Positions 35,601 to 47,432 of a stretch of 64,000 bases of DNA are shown here, piece by piece. A program made the position numbers and the translations under genes. Origin of the DNA: Mobula hypostoma (taxonomy: Eukaryota); contig NC_086108.1 of the NCBI RefSeq assembly GCF_963921235.1, positions 61,382,001-61,446,000 on the forward strand. Reading direction: 5' to 3'. Position 1 is the first letter of the stretch. Every line of letters starts with the position of its first letter. Below the pieces are notes generated by a model that was given only the letters and a program-made list of their open reading frames with translations, searched no databases and had not been told where the DNA came from.

Positions 35601-36714
35601 CCAAACTCTTTAATTGTAAACAGGGTCCCCAACTAGGGAAATAAGACAGATCATAACCGGGTGAGATTTGTAAATGTTAACACTTTGCCTGATTCCTAAT
35701 CAAATTGATATTGCATATGTTTATCTTCCAGCTCACCTCACCGCAGACGAATGGTGCAACCTTTCTGATAAAAGGGTCCTTTTGTTTGGTAGCATCAGGA
35801 GAGCTGTGAGTCATTATGGGCCAGAAATTTTCCCAGGCAGTGCCTACAAAACAGGCTATGTGATGGACTGGAAGACGAAATGTGATAACTAAATGCACCT
35901 AATACTTGTACTGAAGTGCTCTGTGCCCATGATGTGCTCATACGCAGAACACATAGAGTTTGTTATGATGATGTCAATCAGCATATACAGCACACTTGAC
36001 ATTTCTGCTGTGGCAATTAAGCATACATATGAGCAAAGGAAATTGAATGGAGCAGCGAACCTTTCAAAATTATATTTTAATTTTTTTTAGATTATTTTAT
36101 GGCCTGTTTGCAAGAAGATGAAAGAATAATACACAGAATTTAATACATACACTGTGGAACCTTTAATGTAATAGTATGAAAAGATGAAAGTAACTGGAAC
36201 TTAGGAAAGTCCAGGGTAAAGATCAAAAGCATAGAAATAGGAACAAAGAAATAGGGATAACAGGATAGAGGGAGAATTGTATGTTATGGAGTCCCAATGA
36301 GCGACCAACACAAGAAGAGGAGGTGCAAAGTTTGCCAGAGTAGGAAGAGCAGAGGAACTGCAATGTCTAAGGATGAGACAAGTTATAAAGGATGTAAATG
36401 TTACCATTACTTTAAAATAGAGTCTTCAACTATTGGAAGGAAAGTTGGAAGAATGGCAAAGAAATGCTGAGGATATTCCACATGAGGAAAAGAACCAGTG
36501 GTATATACATTCAAGAAGATGCCGCTAATAACTCATGATGGAAGTGAAGAGGATCTATGAGTTTTAAAGTACTCAATGCTCTATCATTTCTATTCATTTA
36601 CAAAATGCTTTTGACAGTATAATTAGAACCAAATTGCGAAGAAGGATCTATTCTTTTTTTAAACAAAGATCCTAGCATTTTCTGATTGTAATTTTTCTCT
36701 CTTTTGTGCAAAAG

Positions 36715-37500
36715 AAATTCTGTCTCACAAATCTGAATGAGTTTTTGAGGATATCACTGAGTAAATTTATGAAAACAAGACAGAAGACGCAGTAGCCTTG
36801 GATTTTAGCAAGGCACGTGGCAAGATCCCACATGGTAGGTTGGTCAAGATAGTTATGGCACATGGGATCCAAGGTGTTTTGGTAAAATGGCTTGCTGATT
36901 GCAGGCAGAGTTTCGTGGTGGAGGATTCTTATCTGACTGGTAACCTGTTACCATTGGGGTACAGTAGGGATTGGTGCTGGGACCTTTATTGTTACATACA
37001 AGTGACTTGGATGAGATTGTCTGTGGTCTGATAATAATTTTTGCTGATGAAATGAAGATTTCTAGAATTTAGATGGTGATGCATAACATTACAGAGGAGC
37101 ATAGATCAACTGGGAACTTGTGCAGAGGGGTGGCAGATGGAATTTAATCCAGACAAGTGTAAGGTAGTGCATTTTAGGCCATCTAATACTGGTTAGACAT
37201 ATACTGTAAACAAAGGGACATGAAAAGCATCAGCATGAAGGGGCCTTGGAGAGCAAGTTCATTGTCCCCTGTAAAAGCAACACAGGTGGATAAGGTAGTG
37301 AAAAAATGATTAGCTGGCTTGCCTTCATAGGCATGGGTAGTGAATAAAAGAGTTGGTATGCCATATGGCAGCTGTTCAAGACATTGGTTGGGCCACATTT
37401 GGAATTTTGTGCACTGTTCTAGTTATCCGACTATGCGAAGGATATCGTAGTGCTTGAAAGAATGCAGAAGACACTCACCAGGATGTTGCTTGGAAGGGAG
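36715..37500 (+). mobile_element. Degraded CR1 RT fragment
   Basis: DFSKA..KIPHGRLV..HGIQG; decayed FADE and WQMEFNPDKC motifs. Confidence 0.75.
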
Positions 37501-37511
37501 AGCATGGTTTT

Positions 37512-37950
37512 ATTCATTCAAGCAATGTAGACTTCTCAGCTGAACTAGTGTTTACTTGCCCATCCCTAATTAGAGTCAAAGAGTCATAGAGTCAACCAGC
37601 ACAGAAACAGGCACTTCAGTCCCATTGGTGCATGGCAAACAAGATTCCCATCTAAGCTAGTCCTATTTGCCTATATTTTTGGCACATAACCCTCTAAGCC
37701 TTTCTGCTTCGTGTACCTGTCCAAGAACCTTCTAATTGCCCATGAGAAGGTGATGATGAAATGACTTCTTGATCTGCTGCAGTCCGAGGTGTGGGTAAAC
37801 TCACAATGTTGTGAGGGAGGGTTTCAGCTTTTTAACCCAGCCAGGAATGGAAATATTTTTCCAAGTCAGAATGATGCGTGACTTGTGGAGCAAATTTCAG
37901 GTGGTGGTGTTCTCATGTTTTTGCTACCTTTGTCTTACTAGCTGGTAAGG
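37512..37950 (-). mobile_element. 3' part of an old CR1/L2-group LINE (resumes at 39356-39485)
   Basis: TTGCCCATCCCTAATT/GCCCATGAGAAGGTG..CTGCAGTCC; shares its 3' end with the SINE type at 27955-28320; split by two insertions. Confidence 0.55.
37572..37731 (-). mobile_element. Short CR1-type 3' end insertion with 6-bp TSD
   Basis: Imperfect (AGAGTCAT)n tail; CTAATT duplicated at 37566-37571 and 37732-37737. Confidence 0.7.
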
Positions 37951-37954
37951 ATCT

Positions 37955-39355
37955 TCATGAAGGGAGAGAGGCAGAAGAAAGAAAACTATAGACCAGTTAG
38001 CTTGACCTTAGTGGTTGGGAAGATGTTGCAGACGATTATTAAGGATAGGGGCTTAGGGTACCTGGAGGCTCATTATAAAATAAGCCGTAGTCAGCATGGT
38101 TTCATCAAGGGAAAATCTTGCCTAACTAATCTGTTGGAATTCTTTGAAGAAATGACAAGCAGAATAGACAAAGGGGAATCGGTTGATGTTGTGTACTTGA
38201 ATTTTCAGAAGATCTTTTCCAAGGTGCCACACATGAAGCTGCTTAACAAGCTATGAGCCCATGGTATTACAGAAAAGATCCGAGCATGGATAAAGCAGTA
38301 GCTGATTGACAGGCAGCAGAGTGGGGATAAGGGGAGTGTTTTCTGGTTGGCTGCCAGTGACTAGTGGTGTTCCACAGGGTTTGTGTTGGGACAAGTTTTT
38401 TTATGTTATGTATCAATGATTTGGATGATGGTATTAATGGCATTGTTGCAAAGTTTGCAAACAATATGAAGATAGGTGGAGGGGTAGATAGTTCTGAGGA
38501 TGTAGAGTGGCTACTGAAGGACTTAGACAAATTACAAGAATGGGAAAAGAAATGGCAGATGGAATACAGAGTTGGGAAGTGTATGGTCATGCACTTTGGT
38601 AGAAGAAATGAAAGGGTGTACTATTTTCTAAATGGAAAGAAAATGCAAAAAAAAACTGAGGTGCAAAGGGACTTGGGTGTCCTGGTGCAGCATTCCCTAA
38701 ATATAATTTGCAGGTTGAGTCTGTGGTGAGGAAAGCAAATGCAATGGTAGCATTTATTTCAGGAGGACTAGAATATAAAAGCAAGGATATAATATTGAAA
38801 CTTTATAAAACACTGGTGAGGCCTCACTTGGGGTTTGGTGAACAGTTTTGGGCCCCTTTTCTAAGAAAGGATATGCTGAAGCTGGAGAAGGTTCAAAGGA
38901 GGTTCATGAAAATGATTTCGAGTTTGATGTCTCTGGGCCTGTATTCACCAGAATTCAAAAGAATGTGGGGTGACCTCTTGAAACCTATCGAATGGTGAAA
39001 GGCCTTGATAGAGTGAATGTGGAAAGAGTGTTTCCTATGGCAGGAGAGTCTAAGACTAAAGGACACAGCCTCAGAATAGAGGGGTGTTCCTTTAGAATGG
39101 AGATGAGGAAGAATTTCTCTAGCCAGAGAGTGGTGAATCTGTGGAATTTTTTGCCACAGGCAGCTGCAGATGTCAAGTCTTTATGTATATTTAAGGCTAA
39201 GGTTGATAGATTCTTGATTGGTCAGGGCACGAAGGGATACAGAGAGAAGGCAGGAGATTGGGGCTGAGAGGAAAATGGATCAGCCATGATGAAATAGCAG
39301 AGCAAACTCGATGAGCCAAATGGGTTAATTTGGCTCCTGTATCTTATGGTCTTAT
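37955..39355 (+). mobile_element. 5'-truncated CR1 LINE
   Basis: ENYRPVSLT, QHGFIKGKSCLTNLLEFFE, KFANNMK, LVRPHL; TCTTATGGTCTTAT tail. Confidence 0.92.
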
Positions 39356-39719
39356 TGGTTTGAAAAGCGTTTTCTAGGGAGTCTTGGTGAACTGTGCTGT
39401 ACATATCATAGATGGAACAAACTGCTGCTACTGTGTGTTGGTGCTAGAGTGTGCAGATGTTTACGGATAGAGAGTCTATCAAGTTAAGATTGGATAAGCT
39501 GCAATTGTTCTCAAAGGAGCACGGGTGGCTGATGCGTGACCTTATATAGTTTATAAAATAATGATGGACAATATGATGAAGATACCCTTTTTGCAAGTTA
39601 ATGGAATCTAAAATCAGAGGATATGGGTTTAAAGTGAAAGGGCGAATATATAAAGGAGATCTCTGGGGCAAGATTTCCACAAAGTGAAAATTAAAAGAAA
39701 AACTGTGCCTTGTTGGAGA

Positions 39720-42700
39720 GAGTGATATCTTGCAAGGCGTGAGCAAGTGTCATTGGGAGTGAGTCATTACTTGAGCCAATAAAAAGAAAGGAGGTGTAAG
39801 TGGAGTGGTCATTGTGTGATTGAGGCAGTGTTAGAGTAGTTCGGCTTTGGCTCAACAGGCTTAGGCAAGAACAGACTTGTCCAACCACAAGCACAGGATA
39901 TAAGTAAGTTTCGAGTATGTTTTTTTTTCCTGTTAGTACATCACTAGTGCCCTGAGAATCAGTTCAGAGTTGGTGCTATGTCCCTTGTCTGAGATATATA
40001 TAACCATATAACAATTACAGCATGGAAACAGGCCATCTCGGCCCTTCTAGTCTGTGCCGAACTCTTACTCTCACCTAGGCCCACATTGATGACGGTTTAT
40101 GGGGAGAAGTAAGGAGATTGGGGCTGAGGAAAATTGGAACAAGCATGATTAAATGGCAGAGCAGGAGCGATGGGCCAAATGGCCTAATTTTGCTCCTATG
40201 TCTTATGGTTTTATGTGGGGGCACCAGAATGACGTCACATGTGGGTGAGAGTTTGTATTCAAAAGCTGTTTAATGGACGTTGGAGTGTGTTAAAGAACTA
40301 GATCTGCAGTTTAATGACATTCATTCCTACGGGAGCATGAGGAGGTAATCGATAGGAGTTACAGGGAGGTAGGCACCCCTAGATTGAAGCAGGCAGGTAC
40401 TGAGGTGACTGTCAGGGGAGTGAAAGGGAATAGGCATCCAGTGCAGAGGACACCTGTGCTGTTTACCACTTTGGATACTGTTGGGAGTGATGACTTACCA
40501 GGAAGAAGCCTCAGAGAGCAGGTCTCTGGCATGGAGTCTGGATGTGTCTCAGAAGGGAAGAAGGGAGAAGAGATAAGCTGTGGTGATAGGGGATTTGGGT
40601 GGTTAGGGGAACAGAAAGGAGGTTCTGTGGATGAGGACAAAATTCCCAAATGATTTGTTGCCTCCCAGGGAGAGGGACATCTCGGATCTGCAGTATTTTT
40701 AAGTGGGAGGATGAGCAGCCTGAGGTCATGGTCCACATTGGTACCAATAATATAGGTAGGATGGGTGACGAGGTCCTGGAAAGTGAGTACAGGGAATTAG
40801 TTTCTAAGTTAAAGGACAGCAAATCCATGGTTGTGGTCTCAGGATTGCTACCTGTGCCACATGCTAATGGAGTCAGAAATAACAAGATCATACAGCTTAA
40901 CACATAGCTATGGAGTTGATGCAGAATGAAGGGCTTCAGATTTTTGGATCATTGAATGCTCTTTCAGGGAAGGTGAAACCTCTACAAATGGGATGGCTGG
41001 CACCGGAACTGGAGGGGGACTAATATCCTAGCAGGAAGGTTTGCTAGTGCTGCACAGGGGTGGAGGGTGCTGTTTAAACTAGAGCTCCAGGGGGACGGGG
41101 AGCCGAGTGCCGGAACAGGCATTGGAGTAGTTGTGGAGAAAGATGAAGTCAGGAATCAAAAAGTCGAGCATGGTGGGACTTACGTTCTCATTTGCGTATA
41201 TTTCAATGCAAGGATTATTGCAGGAAGGGCTAATGAGCTAAGGGCATGGATCAGCATGTGGCATTAGGACATTGTAGCCATTTGTGGACTTGGTTGCAGA
41301 AGGGGCAGGACTGGCAGCCTAATGTTCCAGGGTTCAGTTGTTTTCGATGTGAGGAGGGATAGCATTACTAGTCAGGGAAAATGTCACGGCAGTGCTCAGA
41401 CAAGACAGATTGGAGAGCTCGTCTAATGAGGCTTTATAGGTAGAGCTGAGAAATAAGAAAGGAATAATCATGTTAATAGGATTATATTGTAGATCATGCT
41501 ACAATCCACAGGATTTAGAGGAGAAAATTTGTAGAGAGATCACAGACTATTGCATGAAACATTAGGTTATGATAGTAGGGTTCTTTTAACTTACCACATA
41601 TTGACTGGGACTCCCATCCTGTAAAAGGGATGGTTGGGAAAGAGTTCGTCAAATGTGTTCAGGGAAGTTTCCTTAATCAGTATATAAAAGTCGCAGCTAG
41701 AGACAGTGCGATTCTAAATCAGCTATTAGAGTCAGGGCAGGTGACAGAAGTTTGTGTAGTGGGATACTTTGCATCTTCTGATAATAATACCATTAGTTTC
41801 AAGGTAATGATGGGAAAGGATAGGTCTGGTCCTTGGGCTGAGATTCTAAATTGGAGAAATTTTAATGGTATCAAAAAGGATCTGGCAAGTGTGGATTGGG
41901 TCAGGGTTGTTCTCTTGCAAAGATGTAGTTACTAAATGGGAGGCCTTCAAAAGTGAAATTTTGAGAGTACAGAGTTCGTCTGTTACTGTCAGAATAAAAG
42001 GCAAGGATAATAGGTGTAGGGAACTTGGTTTGCAAGAGATAATGAGGTCCTGGTTCAGAAGAAGAAGGAGATGCATTGCAAGTATAGGTAGGTGGGAACA
42101 AATCAAGTATTTGAGGAGTATAAGAAATGCAAGAGGACACTTATGAAGGAATCAGGAAGGCTGAAAAAAAAGACATGAGGTTGCTCTAGCTGACAAGGTG
42201 AAGGAGAACCCCAAGTGCTTCTACAGATATATTAAGAATAAAAAGATAGCAAGGGACAAAATTGGTCCTCTGGGAGATCAGAGTGGTGAACTATGCATGG
42301 AGTTGAAAGAGATGGGGGTATATTTTGCATCTGTATTTACTCAGGAGACAGACAGAGTACAGAAGTGAGGCAAAGCGGCATCAACTTCATGGACCCTAAA
42401 CAGATCACTGAGGAAGAAGCGTTTGCTGTCTTGATGCAAATCAGGATGGATAAATTCCCAGGGCCTGACAAGGTGCTACCTCGGACCCCGTGGGTAGCAG
42501 AAATTGCTAGGGGCCCTAGCAGAGATGGTTAAATCATCCTTAACCATGGGTGAGATGCAAGAGGATTGGAAGAGAGCTGATGTTGTTCCATTGTTTTAGA
42601 AAGTCTCTAAGAATAAGCCTGGAAATTATAGGTTGGTGAGCCTGTCATTAGTAATGGGAAAATTATTAGAAGGTTTTTAAGGTACAGGATAAGACCATAA

Positions 42701-43515
42701 GACTATAAAACAGAGAAGCAGAATTATGCTATTCAGCCCATTGACTCTGCTCCACCTTTCCATCATGGCAGATCCCGGATCCCACTCAACCCCATTCTAC
42801 ACTCGCCATATCCTTTGATGCCCTGACTAATCAGGAAACCACCAACTTCTGCCTTAAATATACCCACAGACTTGGCCTCCACTGCAGTCTGTGGCAGAGT
42901 TTTCACAAATTCACTACTCTGGATTAAAAAAAATTCTTCCTTACCTCCATTCTAAAAGGTCACCCATCAATTTTGAGGCAGTGCCCTCTAGTTCTGGATA
43001 CCCCCACCATAGGAAACATCCTCTCCACATCCACCTTACCTAGACCTTTCAAGGATCTAAAGTATTTGGATAGACAGGGACTGATTAGGGATACTCAACA
43101 TGACTTTGCATGTGGTAACTAAGTTGTAATGTGCTAAACTAGATTAGCAAATTTGCAGATAACACCAAGATTGGGGATGTAGTGGATGAGATCTTAGGAT
43201 ATAGGAGCAGATATATGGCTTTTGGTCCATTGAGTCTGCTCAATCATTTCATCGCAGCAGATAGTGAGGAAGAGGATCAAAGACCAGCTGGAAAAAAAGA
43301 TGGAATTTAATGTAAACAAGTGTGAGGTGTTACGCTCTGGGAGGACAAACCAGGGTAAGTCTTACACAGTGAGAAGTAGGGCACTGAGGGGTGCGCTGAA
43401 CAGGGGGATCTGGGAATACAGATCCATAATCCATTGAAAGTAGTTCAACAGGTAGATAAGGCTGGAAAGAAAGCTTTTGGTACATTGGCCTTCATTAGTC
43501 AAAGTATTGAGTATA
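39720..43515 (+). mobile_element. Long degraded CR1 LINE (5' UTR, ORF1 esterase, ORF2) with nested CR1 3' fragments
   Basis: MVHIGTNNIG..SGLLPVP (ORF1); CVYFNAR and DKFPGPD (ORF2); nested CR1 tails at about 39995-40085, 40090-40215, 42693-43050 and 43190-43260. Confidence 0.85.
42693..43050 (-). mobile_element. CR1 3' end fragment nested in the long CR1
   Basis: GACCATAAGACTATAA tail followed by the reverse complement of CR1 3' UTR and ORF2 end. Confidence 0.8.
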
Positions 43516-43689
43516 GTGAAGTGGTAAACAGATAAGTACAATCATAAAGTATGAAAAGCATTTGGACAAGTGCATTGATAGGAATGGGCCAAATGCAAGA
43601 AATGTGATTAGCCTAGATAGGCATCTTAGTCAGAATAGACAAGAAGGGCTTGTTTCAGCAGTACAACTTTGACTTCATGTCAGGTAGTA

Positions 43690-43830
43690 ACTCTGGAAAG
43701 AAAAACTGAGTTAATATTTCAAAGATTACTATTTTAATAAAAGATCAAAAACCTGAAAAAAAACTCTATTTCTCTTCTCCACTGATGCTGCCTGACATGC
43801 TGAGAATTTTCAGCATGAGCTGTTTAATTC
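43690..43830. repeat. Degraded Penelope-type terminal repeat fragment
   Basis: GATGCTGCCTGACATGCTGAGAATTTTCAGCAT matches 63719-63755. Confidence 0.5.
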
Positions 43831-45377
43831 CCTAACACGAAAGGACCAAGTCATGTGGAAAATGGTTCTAGTCATCAATAAAATGAGACAACGAAAAAAT
43901 CACTCTCTGGAAGAAGATAGCAAAAAATTGTATAAAATTACTTCAAACTAAAATGAAGGGAGTAAAAATTCAAATTAATAAAATATTTAATATAGATGTC
44001 AGAAAGATTTTCCTGACAAAAACAGGGAAATGAAATGAAAATAAAAATCATGAGCTTTATAAGAGTTGTGGTTATGCCACATGTACAATGCAATGTTCAC
44101 AATTCATCTTAATTAGGAATCTGGGTTACAGTAAGGATGGTTGGTATGGGAACTGGATCACTGTCTGACTCCAGTGGGGTCCTCTTTGGAGCTGGTGTAG
44201 CGAAAATAGTTGATGCAATTTAGAAATAACTCTCCCTTGCATTAATCACATGCCGTGACTCGGGACTGGTTGATGCTGGCACTGAACCTTAAACTGGGAA
44301 ATAATGTGTTTCCCAAAACTCCTCACCTTGAGGAATACAGTTTCACCTTCAACGAAACAAATATTGCACGGGCTATTGTTCATCACTTATAAAATTAGGG
44401 CATTGCATCTGATGATGACACAGTTATCGTGGAGCAGAGGGACATCTCCAAATTAATGTTATGGCACTGAGTCTCGGAGTACCTTCTGAAACCGAATATC
44501 ATTATGCAGATTCTCATAGTTAACTGAGTTCTGTGCAATAATGAATATTTGATAAAGCAAGATTTAAAATAAAAAGCATACTTTGCTTGAATTAATTTGC
44601 AAAAAACCTTTATTGTTAATGGTGAAATTTAATTTTTGTACATGTTGTATCTAACAGCATACATATATTAAGGCAGAATAAAAATCATTTTGAATCAATC
44701 AGGTATTTTTTTCCTCCATTGGAAATAAAACTCCAACAGGATATAAGATCTATTTTTCTAATAAAATTGTGAAATAATCCATAGCTATAATTTGTAATTA
44801 CAAATTAAGACAGTCTGAAAATTTGTTCTGTGATGAATCATTATCAACTGGAGAACCAGATGGCTGTGGAAGACAAACACCAGATATTGTTACCAAAACC
44901 TCTATTATGCTGTTTTTCACTAAACAATGTGCTTAGGTAGCTCTTACTTTAGTTTACATCAGCATACATTTCCTTTCATCGATGTAACACTATTTCATTA
45001 CAATGATTATCATTCAAACACTCCAGATTATGGATAAACTCTACTTTTTGACTTCACAAAGCTATGATGCAGCTTGTCATGGACTTTGGTTTAAGTAGCA
45101 TTATTGTTGGTTCCCAGCTAAAAAGTACTTTTTTGCAAAATCTTTGATGTATGTGCTGCTGAAATTTTAATTTCACAGATACATCATTTTAATATAATTA
45201 TTTGCATTATGTGTAGATCAATAGCTACATTACACCCTTTGAAATTCAGTTCTGTGGTTGTTTTCCCTTCTGGGAGCTTTTCATTCCCTTCCAAGGTTTA
45301 TTTTGATGAATTCTCTAGTGATACAGTAAAGCTTAAAAAAACCAATATTCAACACTAATTTGCATCGTAATGAAATA

Positions 45378-46304
45378 CAGTGGATTCCGGTTAATTGGAC
45401 TGTTAGTTATTCGGGGCAGCCACTTATTTAAGACAACTATTAAAGAACAAAAACAAATTGGGAAAAAAGCCAGAATTCACTTTGTTTATTTGGGACGCTA
45501 TGCTGCTTAATTGGGGCAGGTGACTGTTGCTCAACATTTTCTAACATGACGTGTCAATTGCATGCACGTCATGTGGCTGTTAGACTCTACACCATACTTG
45601 GACTGAACCGTTTTTAAATAGCAGACGAGAGGAAATCTGTAGATGCTGAAAATCCAAGCAGCACACACAAGATAGTGGAGGGGCTCAGGAGGCCAGGCAG
45701 CGTCTATGAAAAAGAGTACAGTCGACATTTCAGACATGCTTATGTTCAAAAAGCAGTGATTTTTGTCCCTGATAGTTAAACAGTACAACAATTCAGACCC
45801 GTTCTACTCACTGCAGTTTCAAGCATTCAGGCTTGAAGATGCCAGAAATTGCTAGGTGTGGAAGTGAAACAATTTCACTACCTCAACAAGTTAGGACTAC
45901 AAAGAATTTGAAGGTATCAACAATAATCTTGAATGTTACAAATTAAATTAAGATTTGGAGGATACAGTCATCAAAAGAATGCTTTGAAGGCAGTCCACTA
46001 TCTGCACTTGAGGCCTGCATTGATTTTGTCCGTTTAAAGTCAATCAAAGGAACACATAAGTAAACACTGAATGAAGTACTCCATTGATAACTATAGGAAC
46101 TCATACATAGTTTTATAATACTGCAGTACTTTTGGTAGTGTTCTAATTTATTCTGTATATCCCCTAAAAACATAATTTATTTCTCTGTTTGTCTATTTTA
46201 TACCTTTTTAACTATTTCCATGAAACTTTGACTAATTGGAGCAGATGTTTAATTGGGCCAAAATATACTTGTCATGATGTGTCCCAAATAATTGGAATTT
46301 ACTG
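45378..46304 (+). mobile_element. Non-autonomous pogo/Tigger-like DNA transposon
   Basis: TA-flanked imperfect TIRs CAGTGGATTCCGGTTAATTGG / CCCAAATAATTGGAATTTACTG; internal ..EFEGINNNLECY resembles a Tigger transposase C-terminus. Confidence 0.7.
45625..45733 (-). repeat. Penelope-type terminal repeat fragment nested in the Tigger-like element
   Basis: Similar to 63270-63380; ends within the hammerhead motif (minus GAAATGTCGACTG). Confidence 0.65.
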
Positions 46305-46614
46305 TACTTGGGGAAAGAACTTGAAATGCTACCTCATTATTATTGTGCTACTAGATGAAGGAATGAAGCACACTAGGACTCACAGATTGGGACACACAAC
46401 CTTTGTACACGACCCATACTCAAACGTTCCTGACAAGTAAACAACCTTCAGGATCTTAAAGGCTCTAAAAGTGAAATTTTCAAAGAAATAGTGAAGAACA
46501 ACCAAAACCTAAAAACCTCGATTGTTTGAGGAAAATTCAGTTGATAGGCTACGAGAGGAAATAAGTCATGACTGTTTTGCCCAGTAAGCAAACACTATTG
46601 GTGTGCTTCTTTGC

Positions 46615-46795
46615 ATTTTTCTTAAAAGTGGACATCACTGACAATGCTAACATTAATTATCCATCTTTTTCTGCCCTTGAGCTGATGGCCTGCTAAACCA
46701 TTTTAAAGAGTATTTAAGAGTCAACTGCACTGGTAGGTCTGGGGTTATTCATGAAGAGACCAGGCTTCCTCCTCTGCAGCACATTGATGAACCAT
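46615..46795 (-). mobile_element. SINE 3' fragment (family of 27955-28320)
   Basis: Reverse-complement similarity (TGCCCTTGAGCTGATGGCCTGCTAAACCATTT..AAGAGTCAAC). Confidence 0.5.
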
Positions 46796-46969
46796 GATGT
46801 ACATTGATGGCACACTGGAATCTGTTCTGGTTGGGAGCTGGTCCCTCCTATTGGTACTGTCTTCTAGTGCTTCCCCGGTGCTGGCCCCCCGTGCACACCC
46901 AGTGCTATGCTCTTGTCTTTGCTTGGTGCTGATCTCCAGTGTTCACTCACTGAAGAATAAGTTGGATAC

Positions 46970-47165
46970 TCAGGGACTTGTGCTATATTTATTTCTCTGT
47001 GACTATTTTTTTTTGAAACTATAACCAAATACACTATTTGTGCTATCTGCTGTGTGCTCTATGCTGTTGGTAATGTGTTTTGCTCCTTGGCCCTGCAGGA
47101 ACATGTTTCATTTGGCTATATTCATGCATGGTTGAATGATAAGTAAACTTGAACTCGAAGTTGAT
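46970..47165 (+). mobile_element. Rex1-type LINE 3' UTR
   Basis: Similar to the reverse complement of 3331-3460; AAACTTGAACTCGAAG tail. Confidence 0.55.
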
Positions 47166-47297
47166 CCACTTGTGTTTATGTGATGACGTAGTAGTTTTCA
47201 AATTATCGCTACCTGGACTAGTTGCTTTTATTACGAATTTCGATTTGTATTTCACAGTTGCAATGATAGTTTTGAACTTGGCTTTGCTGACAATTCT

Positions 47298-47432
47298 GGA
47301 GACACAAGAGGCTGTAGATGCTGGAATCAGCAGCAACACACAAACTGTTAGAGGAACTCAGTGGGTCTAGTTGCATCTGTAATGGGAAATGAATTGGCAA
47401 TGTTTTGGGCTAAAATTTTGCATCGGGACTGA
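47298..47432 (-). repeat. Degraded Penelope-type terminal repeat
   Basis: GTAGATGCTGGAATC..AACACACAAACTGTTAGAGGAACTCAG; decayed hammerhead (minus CAGTCCCGATGCA..GCCCAAAACATT). Confidence 0.55.
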
